Under the pieces are notes generated by a model. The model made no database searches. It saw nothing but the letters and a program-made list of their open reading frames with translations, and was not told the origin of the DNA. 64,000 bases of DNA from Dictyostelium discoideum (taxonomy: Eukaryota), in NCBI GenBank assembly GCA_000004695.1, contig CM000152.2:448001-512000 (forward strand), written 5' to 3'. Positions 43,886-56,441 of this stretch are shown piece after piece. The position numbers and the translations under genes are program-made. The stretch's first letter is position 1. Every line of letters starts with the position of its first letter.

Positions 43886-44319
43886 TTTTTTATATTTTAA
43901 TTTAGCTGGTGCAAAAGAATTAAATTATTTAATTAAAAATTCAATTAAACAATGTGATTTATTTGTTATTGTTTGCTCATTAACTGATGACAAATCCATT
44001 GATAGTATTCAATATTATATAGAATTAATTCAAAATGGGTTAAATAGAAAGCATGATATTCCAATGGTAATTGTTGCAAATAAATTAGACATTTTGGGTG
44101 GTTTAGAAAATCCAATGGTAAAAAATCAAATAAAAAAAATAAATAAAAAATATAAAAACTCTCATTGTATTTTATCTTCGTCGAAAAATAATGAAAATTT
44201 AAATAATATATTAAAATCATTAATTAAACAAGTTAATCAAATTGAAAAAAATAGAAAACAATTATTAAATCATCAATCTTCTCCATTAAGAAATTTAAAA
44301 ATTTTTAAAAATATAAGAC

Positions 44320-44327
<8 letters not shown>
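43886..44327 (+). CDS. Small GTPase, exon 3 (G3 DTAGAKE, G4 ANKLD, no CAAX).
   Basis: ORF 44064..44327 frame from the acceptor TTTAG at 43884-43885. Confidence 0.55.
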
Positions 44328-44358
<31 letters not shown>

Positions 44359-44455
44359 ATAATACTATTATTATTTATAAAATAAAAATTCAATTATTTA
44401 TTTATTTATTTATTTATAAAATACATTATTTTATTATTTATTAAAATTATTAGTT

Positions 44456-44506
<51 letters not shown>

Positions 44507-44708
44507 TATTATTGTTATTGTTATTAATATTATTATACGGTGAATGCGTTTTTTTTTTTTTTTTTTTTTTTTAAATAAAAAAAAATTTAAAAAAGAAGAA
44601 ATTTAAAAAATATATATATAAATGTGTGTGTATTATTATTTTTGATTTGTTTAATATATGATTTTTTTAAAAATTTTAAATAATATTTTTGCTATATTTT
44701 TTAAAATT

Positions 44709-45037
44709 TTAAAAATAAAAATGTACAGAGTATGGATTATTTGAAGAATTTGAAAGACCCCAATATCCAGTGCAATTGAAAACTTTATACCCATTTTCAA
44801 ATAGTGTGGGATAATGAGATAAGGTCATTCCGGCAATGTGTCTCCAATTTGATTGTTTTTCTTTAAAACATATTTTATCCCAATGAGATTCGATGAAAGA
44901 AAATATATCTTTATCCAATCTAAAGAATCTTTTACCAGTATTTGATCTTTTACACTTTAAAGTTTCATCATTTAATGATTCTAATTTTTCAAAGGTTGCA
45001 TTTAAACTATAAAGTGCAACATATATAATATGAGACC
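44709..45037 (-). CDS. Same gene, exon 2 (Cys/His/Trp-containing C-terminal domain ...HWDKICFKEKQSNWRHIAGMTLSHYPTLFENGYKVFNCTGYWG...).
   Basis: Acceptor TATATAG at 45039-45038. The phase-2 junction (TG+G=Trp) is in frame with ORF 44709..44918. Confidence 0.5.
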
Positions 45038-45143
45038 TATATATAAATATAATAAAAAAAAAATAATATTAATATTTATATTTTTAAAATATTAAAATAG
45101 AAAAATAAAGAAATAAAAATAAAAATAAAAATAAAAACTTACC

Positions 45144-45605
45144 AAATAGGTTTTTGATTTTCAAATGATGGTGGAATACCTTTTTCACATACCATACAAT
45201 ATGGAATATTACAAAGCTCTTCACGATATAGACTAACATGACTATTACTACTATTAACATAAATGACACCTTTTTCAGATGTTTTCATATAATTTAAATT
45301 TGATTCAGATAATTTAATATATTTTGATTTATTATTATTATTAATATTATTATTATTATTATTATTAATATTATTCTTTTTTATATATTCTTTTTTCTTT
45401 TTTACAATACAATTATATTTATTCTCTTCAGTATTATTTTTACTCTTTTTAATTTTTATTTGTTTATTTTCATTTTTATCATCATTATTATTTTGATTAT
45501 TAATATTATTTTGATTAATATTATTTTGATTATTATTAAAATTATTTTGACTATTATTACAATTATTATTTTTTTTAATATTATATTCATTAATATCATT
45601 GACAA

Positions 45606-45690
<85 letters not shown>

Positions 45691-45733
45691 ATTATTATTA
45701 TTACTATTATTATTATTGTTGTTGTTGTTGTTT

Positions 45734-45819
<86 letters not shown>

Positions 45820-46218
45820 ATTATTGTTATTATTATTTAAATTATTAATAAAATTTTTATTATTAATAATATTATCATTAAAGTTATTTATATTTTTCAT
45901 TGTATTGTTGATGAATATTTCATTTTGAAATATGTGTTGAGATAAGGGTGATAATGGTGGTGATAGGGATGATGGTGATAATGGTGGTGATGAGGTTATA
46001 TTATGGCCATTAAATAATCCATTATTTTGATTATTATTAAATTGATTATTGTTATATTGATTATTTATGAGATTGTTGTTATTATTTTTTATCATTTGAT
46101 TATCGTGGTGGTTATAACCAAAAGAAATTGAACAATTATTTTTTGAATGAATCATCAATAATTTTGATGATTCATTTGAAAGTGATAAAAGATTATTATT
46201 TTTTTGTTCAAATTTCAT
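45144..46218 (-). CDS. N-rich protein, exon 1 (ends ...LYREELCNIPYCMVCEKGIPPSFENQKPIW).
   Basis: 359-aa ORF 45139..46218. The GGTAAGT donor coincides with the ORF stop. Confidence 0.5.
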
Positions 46219-46835
46219 TTTTATTTTTTATTTTTTATTCTATTTTTAATTTTTTTTTTTTTTTTTTTTTATTTTTTTTTTTTCAGAGTATTATTATTAT
46301 AAAATTATTTTAAAAAAACAAAATAAAATAAAATAAAATAAAATAAAATAAAATAAAATAAAATAAAATAAAATAAAATAAAAAATGTAAATATATAAAT
46401 ATGTATATATATAAATAATTAAAAATAAGATATTAATTAATATTAATCTTTATTGATTGTTTATTATTTTTTTTATTTTTTTATTTTATTTTCCAAGATG
46501 GATTAAATTTAAATGTGGAGTAGTTGAAAAAGTAAATAACAATAAAAAAAAAATAACAAGAATTGAGTAGTTGATTTTTTTTTTTTTAGAAAAAGCTATT
46601 TTTTTTTTAAAAAATTAAATCTAAAAAAAAAAAAATAAATAAATAAAAAAAAAAAAAAAAAAATTAAAAACTTAAAAATATCTAAAAACTGTGTGAGTAC
46701 TCATTTTAGTTTGTTTTATATTATGAATATGAATCACAGTGAACCTTGGCTAGCGCATTTTAGATCACAATACAGGATAATCATTATTTTTATTTTTTTT
46801 AAATTATTATTTATTTTTTTTTTAAAAAAAGGAAA

Positions 46836-46867
<32 letters not shown>

Positions 46868-46965
46868 CGATAATATTTCAAAACAGTTTATTGGTTGTTG
46901 GTTATTTGTTAATGTGAAAATTCACCGTACAATATAAAAAAAAAAAAAAAAAAATTTTATATTAT

Positions 46966-47139
46966 CATATATATATATATATTATGAATAACATTTATTT
47001 ATTTGAATTTCCCAAATATTTAAGATAATTTTTTAGAATGTTCTAGAACATTCGAAGAATAAAAAAATTTTCGAAAGAAAAGTAAAAATTTCGAACCGGC
47101 ACAATGACTCGATCATTGTGTAAGGTCGAAAAACTGAAA
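46966..47139 (+). repeat. Left terminal inverted repeat of the DIRS-like element.
   Basis: Reverse-complement match to 47850-48022 with a single mismatch (gactcg vs gacgcg). It contains the palindromic core gaatgttctagaacattc. Confidence 0.75.
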
Positions 47140-47607
47140 GGTCTCATTATTACTACTGACTCAATTAAAGGTCCAGTTATTAATGCTAAAGAACAAAGAA
47201 GTGGTGTTGTTTCAATATTAGAATTAACATCGTTAGATGATACAAACTCTCAAGTATGCCCTGTTCGCCACCTTGCAACATACCTTAGAGCCTCTAAAGG
47301 AAAAAGAAAGCCCCATTCGGGTGACTCTGTCTTTATTAAGAATGAGGGTGAACCGCTTCTAGTTAATGATATTAACTCAATTGTACTATCAACACTCTCA
47401 AAGTCAGGTATTGATATTGTCAAGTTCAAATCTCACTCTACCCGTTCCGCTATGGCTTCTTTGCTGTTGTCCAATAACTTTTCGTTCCACGTTGTTAAGA
47501 AGATGGGTCGTTGGAAATCAAATGATACTGTAGATACCTTCTACGATAAAAGAATCATTGGTGAAAAATCTGGTGGTTTCTTAAATACTGTCGTCCAAAT
47601 TTCATAA
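47104..47607 (+). CDS. Tyrosine recombinase-like ORF (catalytic-domain fragment) of the DIRS-like element.
   Basis: 167-aa ORF. CPVRHLATYLRA, HSTRSAMASLLL and GRWKSNDTVDTFY give the R..H-x-x-R..[W]..Y arrangement typical of DIRS/Crypton-type YRs. The ATG lies inside the left TIR. Confidence 0.55.
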   Translation: MTRSLCKVEKLKGLIITTDSIKGPVINAKEQRSGVVSILELTSLDDTNSQVCPVRHLATYLRASKGKRKPHSGDSVFIKNEGEPLLVNDINSIVLSTLSKSGIDIVKFKSHSTRSAMASLLLSNNFSFHVVKKMGRWKSNDTVDTFYDKRIIGEKSGGFLNTVVQIS

Positions 47608-47692
47608 TATATATATATATATGATAATATAAATTAAAAATTTAATTTATTAAATTATATTTTATATTAAATATATATATATATATTAGTCC
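47608..47692 (+). repeat. Internal complementary region (ICR) of the DIRS-like element.
   Basis: 47640-47692 is the exact reverse complement of the right outer extension 48008-48060. 47608-47640 approximates the reverse complement of the left outer extension 46935-46965. Confidence 0.65.
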
Positions 47693-47849
47693 CATCCCAC
47701 CCGCCCTTAGTCGGAATTCCATAAATCAAATTGTTTTAGTTTTTTGTGCCACTATTTATACGTTTTTATTTTCTTAAAAATTTCGCAAAACTCAAAAAAA
47801 TAAGAGTTTTCGACCCTTCACAACTTTGTGCATAGTGTCGGTTCGGAAT

Positions 47850-48022
47850 TTTTCAGTTTTTCGACCTTACACAATGATCGCGTCATTGTGCCGGTTCGAA
47901 ATTTTTACTTTTCTTTCGAAAATTTTTTTATTCTTCGAATGTTCTAGAACATTCTAAAAAATTATCTTAAATATTTGGGAAATTCAAATAAATAAATGTT
48001 ATTCATAATATATATATATATA
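47850..48022 (-). repeat. Right terminal inverted repeat of the DIRS-like element.
   Basis: Inverted copy of 46966-47139. Confidence 0.75.
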
Positions 48023-48503
48023 TTTAATATAAAATATAATTTAATAAATTAAATTTTTAAATCTTGGCCCATTGTCAAAAAAAAAAAAAACCTCTCATAT
48101 TTTTTTTGGGGCCTCAATCGTTATTTTTCATATGAAAAAAGTTTTAAAAAATTAAAATTTTTTTTTCAAGATATTTTCTAAATAGTGCAAAAATTTTTTT
48201 TTTTTTTTTTTTTTCATTTTTTTTTTTTTTTTTTTTAAAATATTTTTCCGTGTCCTTGGGTTTAACAACTATTAAAAAAAAAAAAAAAATAAAATAATAT
48301 TCAAAAAAATGAACCACTTCCATAGTGATGCTGGCAAAATTAAAATATATTTTTTCTATCTTTGTTGCGCCATATTTCTAATAATTTTTAAAAATGATTA
48401 TTAATATCTAAATCAGCTCACTTGATTGGATGTGAGTGTCTTTTTGTTTCGTTTCATTTTTTAAATATTACTCTACACGATTATCAAGATGATTTTCTTT
48501 TTT

Positions 48504-48542
<39 letters not shown>

Positions 48543-48696
48543 TGGATTATATATAGTATTTTTTTTATCCAAAAATTTTTTTTTTTTTTTTTTTTTTAAT
48601 ACATTATAATAATTTCTTTCTTTGTTTTTGAGAAAAAAAATAAAAAAAAAAAAAAAAAAAAAAAAATATTCAAGTAAATAAAAAAAATTAATAAAA

Positions 48697-48727
<31 letters not shown>

Positions 48728-49234
48728 AACCTATTTTGATTGGATTTCAAAGGCAATTTTAAAAACAACCAATAAAATTATACCATTTTTATTGATTTTG
48801 ATTATTTCTTTTTTTTTCTCTTATTTCCCAATAATTAAATATCTAACAATAATTTTTTAAAATTTTTTTTTTTTATTTTATTTTATTTTTTTTTTTTTCT
48901 TAAAAAATTTTGTTTGTCTTTTTTGATGTATCTGGCCAATATCTCAAAGGTTTTGATTTTTTCTTTTAATTTTTTTTTTTTTTTTTTTTTTTAAAAATTT
49001 TATTTTTATTATTATTTTATTTTTTTTTTTTTTTTTTTTTTATCCTATCAATTTTTTTCTTTTTTTTCCTAAATGTTATTTGTAAAAAATAGAGTACAAT
49101 TAATTTAAAGAAATGATTCTTTTTTTTTTTTTTTTATTCATTTTTTCCATTTTTATTAATTGTAATAATTAACGAACAATTTTATTCTAATAATATACAC
49201 ACGCCCATTTTTTTTAATTTTTAATATTGTTTTG

Positions 49235-49266
<32 letters not shown>

Positions 49267-49772
49267 AAAAATTGAAAAGAAAAAAAAGTATATATAAAAA
49301 AACAATCTCATCTAATTGTTACAAAAATACTTTTATTACTTGACATTTCAATATAATTTTGCTTAAAATATTAATTTACCCTAATATATTACATGCACTC
49401 GAAAATGTAAAAAAATAAAAAAATTGAACCATATTAATTATAATTACACCCTTTAAAATTTTAAAAAACACAAGCTATAAATACAAGCTGTTGGGTTAAT
49501 AATTATATGTGGGGAGGTGGGTTAATTTTTTTAAATTGGATTCCTAAATTTTAAAATTATAATTTGATCGTGTAAAAAAAAAAAAAAAAAAAAAAAAAGA
49601 AAATAAAATAAAATTGAATAAATAAAAATAAAAAAAAAAAAAAAATTAAATATATATATACACACACATACACACACACTCATATATAAATAATTAATGA
49701 TAAAAAAATCTACACAAAGTATTTTTTTTTATATTTTTATTTATTAAATTTTATTGTTTGATTTTTTTTTTT

Positions 49773-49810
<38 letters not shown>

Positions 49811-50290
49811 AGTATTATTTTTCTTTTAAAAATTTATTCCCTTTAATATAAACATTAAAAACTTTCGCAATTTTTAAACATATAGGAACCAAACTTTAAT
49901 AATAATAAAAAAATAAATAAATAAATAATAAAAAAAAAAAAAAAAAAAAAAAATATAAAAAACTATTTTAAAGTATGTAAAAAATAAAAATAAAAAAAAT
50001 AAAAATTAATTATATGATTATATTTACTTACCTCATTAATATTATTTTTTTTATTATTTGTTTTCAAAAAAAAAAAAAAAAAAAAAAAGAATTTTTTATT
50101 TTTTTATTTGTTTTATTTTATTTTATTTTTATTTATTTATTTTTATTTTGTATTTGATTAAGTTTGTTTTTTTTTATTTTTCATTTTTTAAAACATTTTT
50201 TTCTAAACATTTTTTTTTTAATTTTTTTTATTCATTTTTATTTATCTATCTATTTATTTATTTTTTTATTCATTTATTTGTAATGAAAAA

Positions 50291-50594
50291 ATGAAAGTAT
50301 TACAAGAGATTAATCTTACATATAGTATATTGGTTATTGCCGATTTTTCATCAATATTTGGATGTTTATTAGTTTTAATAGCATTTAAAAAATTAAAACT
50401 TCTTCGTAATCATATTACACGTGTTATTGCATGTTTTTGTGTATCATCATTATTAAAAGATATAATATCAACAGGACTCACTCTTTCATTAGGTCCACAA
50501 AATGAAGCTGGTTCAACATCTTTCCAATGTTATTTATATGCAATAACTATTACATATGGTTCATTAGCTTGTTGGTTATGGACATTATGTTTAG
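50291..50594 (+). CDS. cAMP receptor (cAR) family GPCR, upstream copy, exon 1 (TM1-TM3).
   Basis: [37 protein letters not shown]...[24 protein letters not shown] is the Dictyostelium cAR TM1-3 signature. GTATAT donor at 50595, at the conserved cAR intron position after WLWTLCL. Confidence 0.8.
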
Positions 50595-50689
50595 GTATAT
50601 ATATATTTATATATATTTATATAATTATTTAAAAAAGTTTATATAACTAACTGAAAACTTTAATTTTTATTTTTTATTTTTATATACAG

Positions 50690-51717
50690 CATTCAGTATT
50701 TATAATTTAATTGTTAAAAGAGAACCGGAACCAGAGAAATATGAAAAATTTTATCATGGAGTTTGTTGGACCATACCATTAATTTGTGTAATTGTTATGT
50801 TAGCAAAGAAAACAATTGAACCAGTTGGTAATTGGTGTTGGATTAGTGAGAAATATGTTGGATATAGATTTGGGTTATTTTACGGACCATTCTTTGCAAT
50901 TTGGATAATATCAGCAGTATTGGTTGGTTTAACATCCAGATACACCTATTCAGTGATTAGAAATAGTGTAAGTGATAACAAGGATAAACATATGACCTAC
51001 CAATTCAAATTAATCAATTATATCATTGTTTTCCTCCTATGTTGGGTATTTGCAATTGTTAATAGAATTTTAAATGGACTTGGTTATTACCCAACCCTTC
51101 CAAATATTCTACATACCTATTTCAGTGTATCACATGGCTTCTTTGCTTCGGTCACCTTTATTTATAATAATCCATTAATGTGGAGATATTGGGGTTCAAA
51201 AATATTTTTAATATTTGCAAAGTTTGGTTACTTTGTTGAACTACAAAGAAGATTAGATAGAAATAAAAATAATAATAATCCATCTCCAATTTTAAATTCA
51301 TATGCTGCAACAGTTTATCATTCTTCAACAATTGAATCATTATCATTACAACATAATAATGATATTTCAAATGATAATCAACAACAACAACAACAACAAC
51401 AAACACCCCAACAACCTCAACAACAATTTCAACAACAACAATCACCAACTGTAATTGAAATGCAAAATTTAAAACAGGATCAAAATATTGAAAATAATGA
51501 ACAAAATGAAAATTGTTATAATACAATTGATACAAATATAGAAATTAATACAAATAAATTAAATGATAATTCTTTTGAAATAACGCAACCTTCAAATGAT
51601 TTAAATACTATTGAAAATAATAATAACTATAATAATAATAATAATAACAATAATAATAATTCATTAGTAATAGAAAAGGAAAAAGATGAAAGAGAAAAAA
51701 AAGATAATAAGTTTTGA
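50690..51717 (+). CDS. cAR family GPCR, upstream copy, exon 2 (TM4-TM7 plus N/Q-rich tail).
   Basis: Acceptor TATACAG at 50688-50689 (G+CA=Ala). Contains [23 protein letters not shown]...GNWCWI...[10 protein letters not shown]...LTSRYTY...[13 protein letters not shown]...[26 protein letters not shown]... In frame with ORF 50797..51717. Confidence 0.8.
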
Positions 51718-51807
51718 AAAAAAAAAAAAAAATGTAAAATAAACTATATAATAAAATGTCCGAATAAATAACTTCTTAATTTTTTTAATATTTTTTTTTA
51801 TTTTAAT

Positions 51808-53412
51808 TTATTTATTTTTATTATATAATTTTGGAATTATTGATTTTCTTTTTAATAGTATAATAAATAAAGAAATTATAAAAACTAAAACAGATATATT
51901 TGTTAATGTATAAAAAGCAGACATTGCTGAAGTAATTGGATATTCTTTATCAACTTGATTATTGACTGAATTTGTAAATTTTGTAAAATCCTCTTCTTTT
52001 TGATTTGGATTAATTTCATTTTGTATTGAATTACGATGATTATGATTTTCAATTAATTGATTTATTGATTTTTGATAAAATATTTTTTTTTCAATATATA
52101 TATATCCCTTATTATTCATTAACTTTACAAATGTGTATTCTAGTGTTTCATTATGAATTGGACCAATATAACATGTTAATTCATCAAATAAAATTTTATT
52201 ACTATTATCATTATTATTATCATTATTATTATTTTTATTATTATTATTGTTATTATTATTATTTATTATACCTATGGTATCGTATGATACCTTTTTAAAA
52301 TTAATAATTGATGATGAACATTGTTCATCACCAATTAAAACTATTATATCTAAATTAAAATGTAAACCATAAATTGTAATTACTCCACCATCTCTTGATA
52401 AACCTTTAATTGATTTTATATCTGGTAATTGGTATGAAAATTGTAATTTATTTTCAACAGAATTTATTAATATATTATTTAAATATACTTTTACTGGAAT
52501 TAATTTTCCATCATGTACACCATCTGGTAATGTTGCTTCAATTAAATTTGAATTTAAAATTCTTACATTTGAACAATACTTTTCACCAACTTGTACTGAA
52601 AAATTACCTTTTAAATTGTTACCATTAATTATCAACTTTCCATTCTTTATTAATAATGATGATAATTCTTTATTTAAACTTAATATTTCAATATTATTAT
52701 TGTTATTATTATTATTAATATTAATTAATTTATCATTTTGTTTTTTATTATTATTATTATTATTATTTAAAATTAAATTAATTGGTAATGATTTATTATA
52801 ATTCCAATTAATTACTAAATATAATTGAGTATTGGTTAATAAATTTATTGTTGATTTTGGTATTTTAAAATTAATTTCATTTTCGTTTATTAAAGTATTA
52901 GAATTTAATATTAAAATTTCATCAGTATTATTCCCAGTCCATAATATGAAATTTGTATCGAAATTTAAATAATACCCATTTAATTTTAAAATACCATCAT
53001 TTGTTAAAATTAAATTTGATATTATTGGATATGGATGAACTGATTCAATTAATATAATACCACATTTACTACTACTACCTTGATTATTGATTTGATTTGT
53101 TACTAAACATGCGTCAATTGAATGTGCATTTAATTGATTTTTATATTTACTTGATTCAAAAGTACATTCTCTATAGATATCATTCACTATTTTACAATCA
53201 AAACCAATTGTTATTGTTGGTTTTGAAAATTCAATATCACTATAAAGTGTCCAATTACTATAATAAGCATTATTTATATCTGTTTTTATTTTAATATATT
53301 CTTTATTAATTTGAAATTCTTTTATTATAGGTATATAATCAATTAATTCACATTTTATAATATTAATAAATATAAATATTAAAAAAATTATAAAATATTT
53401 TAAATTATTCAT
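51808..53412 (-). CDS. Secreted/type-I membrane protein with IPT/TIG-like repeats (Tgr-like).
   Basis: 534-aa ORF with signal peptide MNNLKYFIIFLIFIFINIIKC. IPT-type motifs are GKLIINGNNLKGNFSVQVGEKYCSNVRIL and DGGVITIYGLHFNLDIIVLIGDEQCSS. C-terminal TM is ISVLVFIISLFIILL followed by KRK. Confidence 0.5.
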   Translation of the reverse strand: MNNLKYFIIFLIFIFINIIKCELIDYIPIIKEFQINKEYIKIKTDINNAYYSNWTLYSDIEFSKPTITIGFDCKIVNDIYRECTFESSKYKNQLNAHSIDACLVTNQINNQGSSSKCGIILIESVHPYPIISNLILTNDGILKLNGYYLNFDTNFILWTGNNTDEILILNSNTLINENEINFKIPKSTINLLTNTQLYLVINWNYNKSLPINLILNNNNNNNKKQNDKLININNNNNNNNIEILSLNKELSSLLIKNGKLIINGNNLKGNFSVQVGEKYCSNVRILNSNLIEATLPDGVHDGKLIPVKVYLNNILINSVENKLQFSYQLPDIKSIKGLSRDGGVITIYGLHFNLDIIVLIGDEQCSSSIINFKKVSYDTIGIINNNNNNNNNKNNNNDNNNDNSNKILFDELTCYIGPIHNETLEYTFVKLMNNKGYIYIEKKIFYQKSINQLIENHNHRNSIQNEINPNQKEEDFTKFTNSVNNQVDKEYPITSAMSAFYTLTNISVLVFIISLFIILLKRKSIIPKLYNKNK

Positions 53413-53436
53413 TTATTTATTTTTTATTATTTATTT

Positions 53437-53476
<40 letters not shown>

Positions 53477-53480
53477 AAAG

Positions 53481-53517
<37 letters not shown>

Positions 53518-53816
53518 ACTAAAAAAAAAAAAAAATATTGTTTTCAATTTAATTAAAGATAAAAAAAAAAAAAAAAAAAAAATATTCTACTAAAAAAAAA
53601 AAAAAAAATAAAAATAAATATATGTATATATATATATACTCACACAATTGTGTGTGTGTGTGTATGTGTGATTTGTTTCTTTTTTTGGGTTTTTAAATCT
53701 TTTTTTTTTTTTTTTGTAATTTCAAAAAAATATTTTTTTTTTTTTTTTTTTTTTTTATTTTTTTTTAAACAGTTTTAATGCATGATTAAATATTTTTTTT
53801 ATTTTTTTTTTTATTT

Positions 53817-54425
53817 TTAAATTTTTATAAATTTATTAAATAATTTAATTATTTTGTTTTTTTGATTTAAATTTCTTAAAACTTTTTTATATTCTTTACA
53901 ATTTTTAATTATTTGTTTTTCTTTATTTTCAATTGTTTCAATTAATAAATGAAAAATTGAACAAACTGATGATAAATTTTTAGAAGATGTAATTATTGTT
54001 GGTGCATCAAATACTTTTGATAATTCCAAAACTTCATTTTTTGAAATTTGATTTTTCAAATCAGATTTATTTGCAACCAATATTATTGGTGGCATAATAT
54101 TACTTGATTTAAAATTTGATTTTATTAAATCTTTATAAACTTGAATTTTGTCTATTGATTCTCTATCATTTAAAGAATAAACAATTATAAAACATTGTAC
54201 ATTTGAAATCGTATCTGGTACCAAACAATTATATTCCTCTTGACCAGCTGTATCGTTACAACAAATTGTATATAATTTATTTTTGTATGAATATAATTTA
54301 TTACATTTATTTTCTATTGTCGGTATATATGAATCTTCAAAATATGAATTCATAAACATATTAATTATTGATGATTTTCCAGTTTTTGCTGCTCCCAAAA
54401 TTCCACAATTTATAATTTTTCTCAT
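53817..54425 (-). CDS. Divergent Ras-superfamily small GTPase (CAAX-less), paralog of the gene at 43519..44327.
   Basis: 202-aa ORF with G1 GAAKTGKSS, switch I YIPTIEN, G3 DTAGQEEY and G4 ANKSD. Confidence 0.6.
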   Translation of the reverse strand: MRKIINCGILGAAKTGKSSIINMFMNSYFEDSYIPTIENKCNKLYSYKNKLYTICCNDTAGQEEYNCLVPDTISNVQCFIIVYSLNDRESIDKIQVYKDLIKSNFKSSNIMPPIILVANKSDLKNQISKNEVLELSKVFDAPTIITSSKNLSSVCSIFHLLIETIENKEKQIIKNCKEYKKVLRNLNQKNKIIKLFNKFIKI

Positions 54426-54972
54426 TTTTTTTTTTTTTTTATTTTTATTTTTATATTTTTTTTTTTATTATTTTTTATTGGAAATTCCCCAAATTCAAAG
54501 ATTTAAAAATTTTTGAGTTTATTATTTATTTATAAATATTTTTATTTTTTATAATTTTTATTTTTTTTGTATTTTAATAGTTTTTTTAAAATTTTGTTTT
54601 ATTTTTGTGGAAAATAAATAAATAAATAAATAAATAAATGAATAAATAATAAAAAAATAAAATAAAAATGGAAATAAAAAAAAAAAAAAAAAAATATCTT
54701 TAAATTGTTATATGTATTATACAATATATCAAAACTGAAAATGATGATCAAACAAAAACAGTTTATTTTTGTTGTTACCGTCGTTGTTGGTAAAATATCT
54801 ATTTTTGATACTAATACAAAATCATATCACAAAACACACCATATTAAAATACTAACACACACAAACACATACACATTTTATTTTTTTTTTAAATACAACA
54901 AAAACAATTCATATTATTATTATTTTAAATTTAGGTTTAAAAATAACATTAATGAATACAAAATATTTGCCA

Positions 54973-55011
<39 letters not shown>

Positions 55012-56082
55012 TTTAACCACTTTTGGTGTTTTGTTTTTTGTTGCACACAATAATTTTGTAATACAAATTTGTACTTTTTTGGAAAATTTAGTGGTGAATT
55101 TTATTTTTTTTTATATATAAAAAAATTATTTCAATTATTTGAAATAAATAATAATAATAGAACCTCATATAAGAATATTATATAAATAAAAAAAATGTAT
55201 GAAATATAAATAGAAATTATATATATATTTTTTTTTTAATTTTTTCAAATTTTTAAAGTTAAAAATACAAAATACCAAATAAATTTTTCATACCTTTAAT
55301 TATTATTATTATTATTATTATTTTAATTTTATACTATTATTTTTATATTGTTATTGTTATTATTTTTATTTTTTTCTTTATTAGTATTATTATTATTATT
55401 ATTATTATTTTAATTTTTTTCTTTTTTTATTTTTTTTTTTATTTTTTTTTTATTATGATTTTACTTTTGATAAAAACTTAATATAATTTCTTATTATTTT
55501 AATTACTAATATACCTAATTTATTAATAAATTTTTTAATTTTATTTTATTTAATTTTTATTTATTTTTCATTTTCTTAATAAAATTTTATATCTTGATTA
55601 AATTTCTTTTTTTTATTTTTTTTTTTATTTTTTTAACGATAAAAATAATTTTCAATATTTTTTTATTCCCTAAAGTTATTTTTAGTGCTATGTGGTGATA
55701 ATTTCATTATATCCAATTTTATTTTTCTTAAATTTTAAAAAAAAAAAAATAAAAAATAAAAAGAGATATATAAAAAAAGGATTCGTTGTATTATTATTAA
55801 TTACAATTTTATTATCGAATAACAATATTATAACATCATTTTAAATACTTTTTTATATTATTTCATAGACCCCCCCATACAATAATCTATTTTTAAAAAA
55901 CAATTAATATTAATATAATCACGCTATTTTCTAAACACACAATAAACACACCCAAGCACCCACCATTTTTTTTTTATTTTTTAATTTTATTTTTATTTTT
56001 ATTTTTATTTTTTTTTTTTTTTCCAATATTTGATACAGACAAAATGTATATTCATCTAAAAAAAATTTTTTTTTTTTTGTTT

Positions 56083-56119
<37 letters not shown>

Positions 56120-56186
56120 TATTTTTAATTTAATATATTTCAATTACAAAAAAGAACACACACATTCACACAATAAAGAATCAAAT

Positions 56187-56217
<31 letters not shown>

Positions 56218-56441
56218 CAATTTGATAATAATAAAAATTAAAAATATATATTTTATATCTTTTTGTAATTAATAATTATCTATAGTCGAAAAAAAAAATA
56301 AAAAATAAAAAATAAAAATAAAAAAAATTAAAACAAAAAACAAAAAAAAAACAAAAAAACAAATAATAGTAATAATAATAATAATTAAATAATAAATAAA
56401 AAGATCAATTTTTTTTTTTTGAAAATAAAAAAAAAAAAAAA

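Larger units (their letters stand above)
46935..48060 (+). mobile_element. Compact (~1.1 kb) DIRS-like tyrosine-recombinase element with terminal inverted repeats and an internal complementary region.
   Basis: The island is GC-richer than the AT-rich flanks. There are near-identical ~174-bp inverted repeats at both ends, a YR-like ORF, and the internal segment 47640-47692 is the exact reverse complement of 48008-48060, which lies outside the right repeat. Confidence 0.65.

Noticed and set aside
51158-51535. 125-aa minus ORF inside the upstream cAR gene, and 57054..57984 ORFs inside the downstream cAR gene.
   Set aside because: They are antisense or alternative-frame to the conserved GPCR reading frames.
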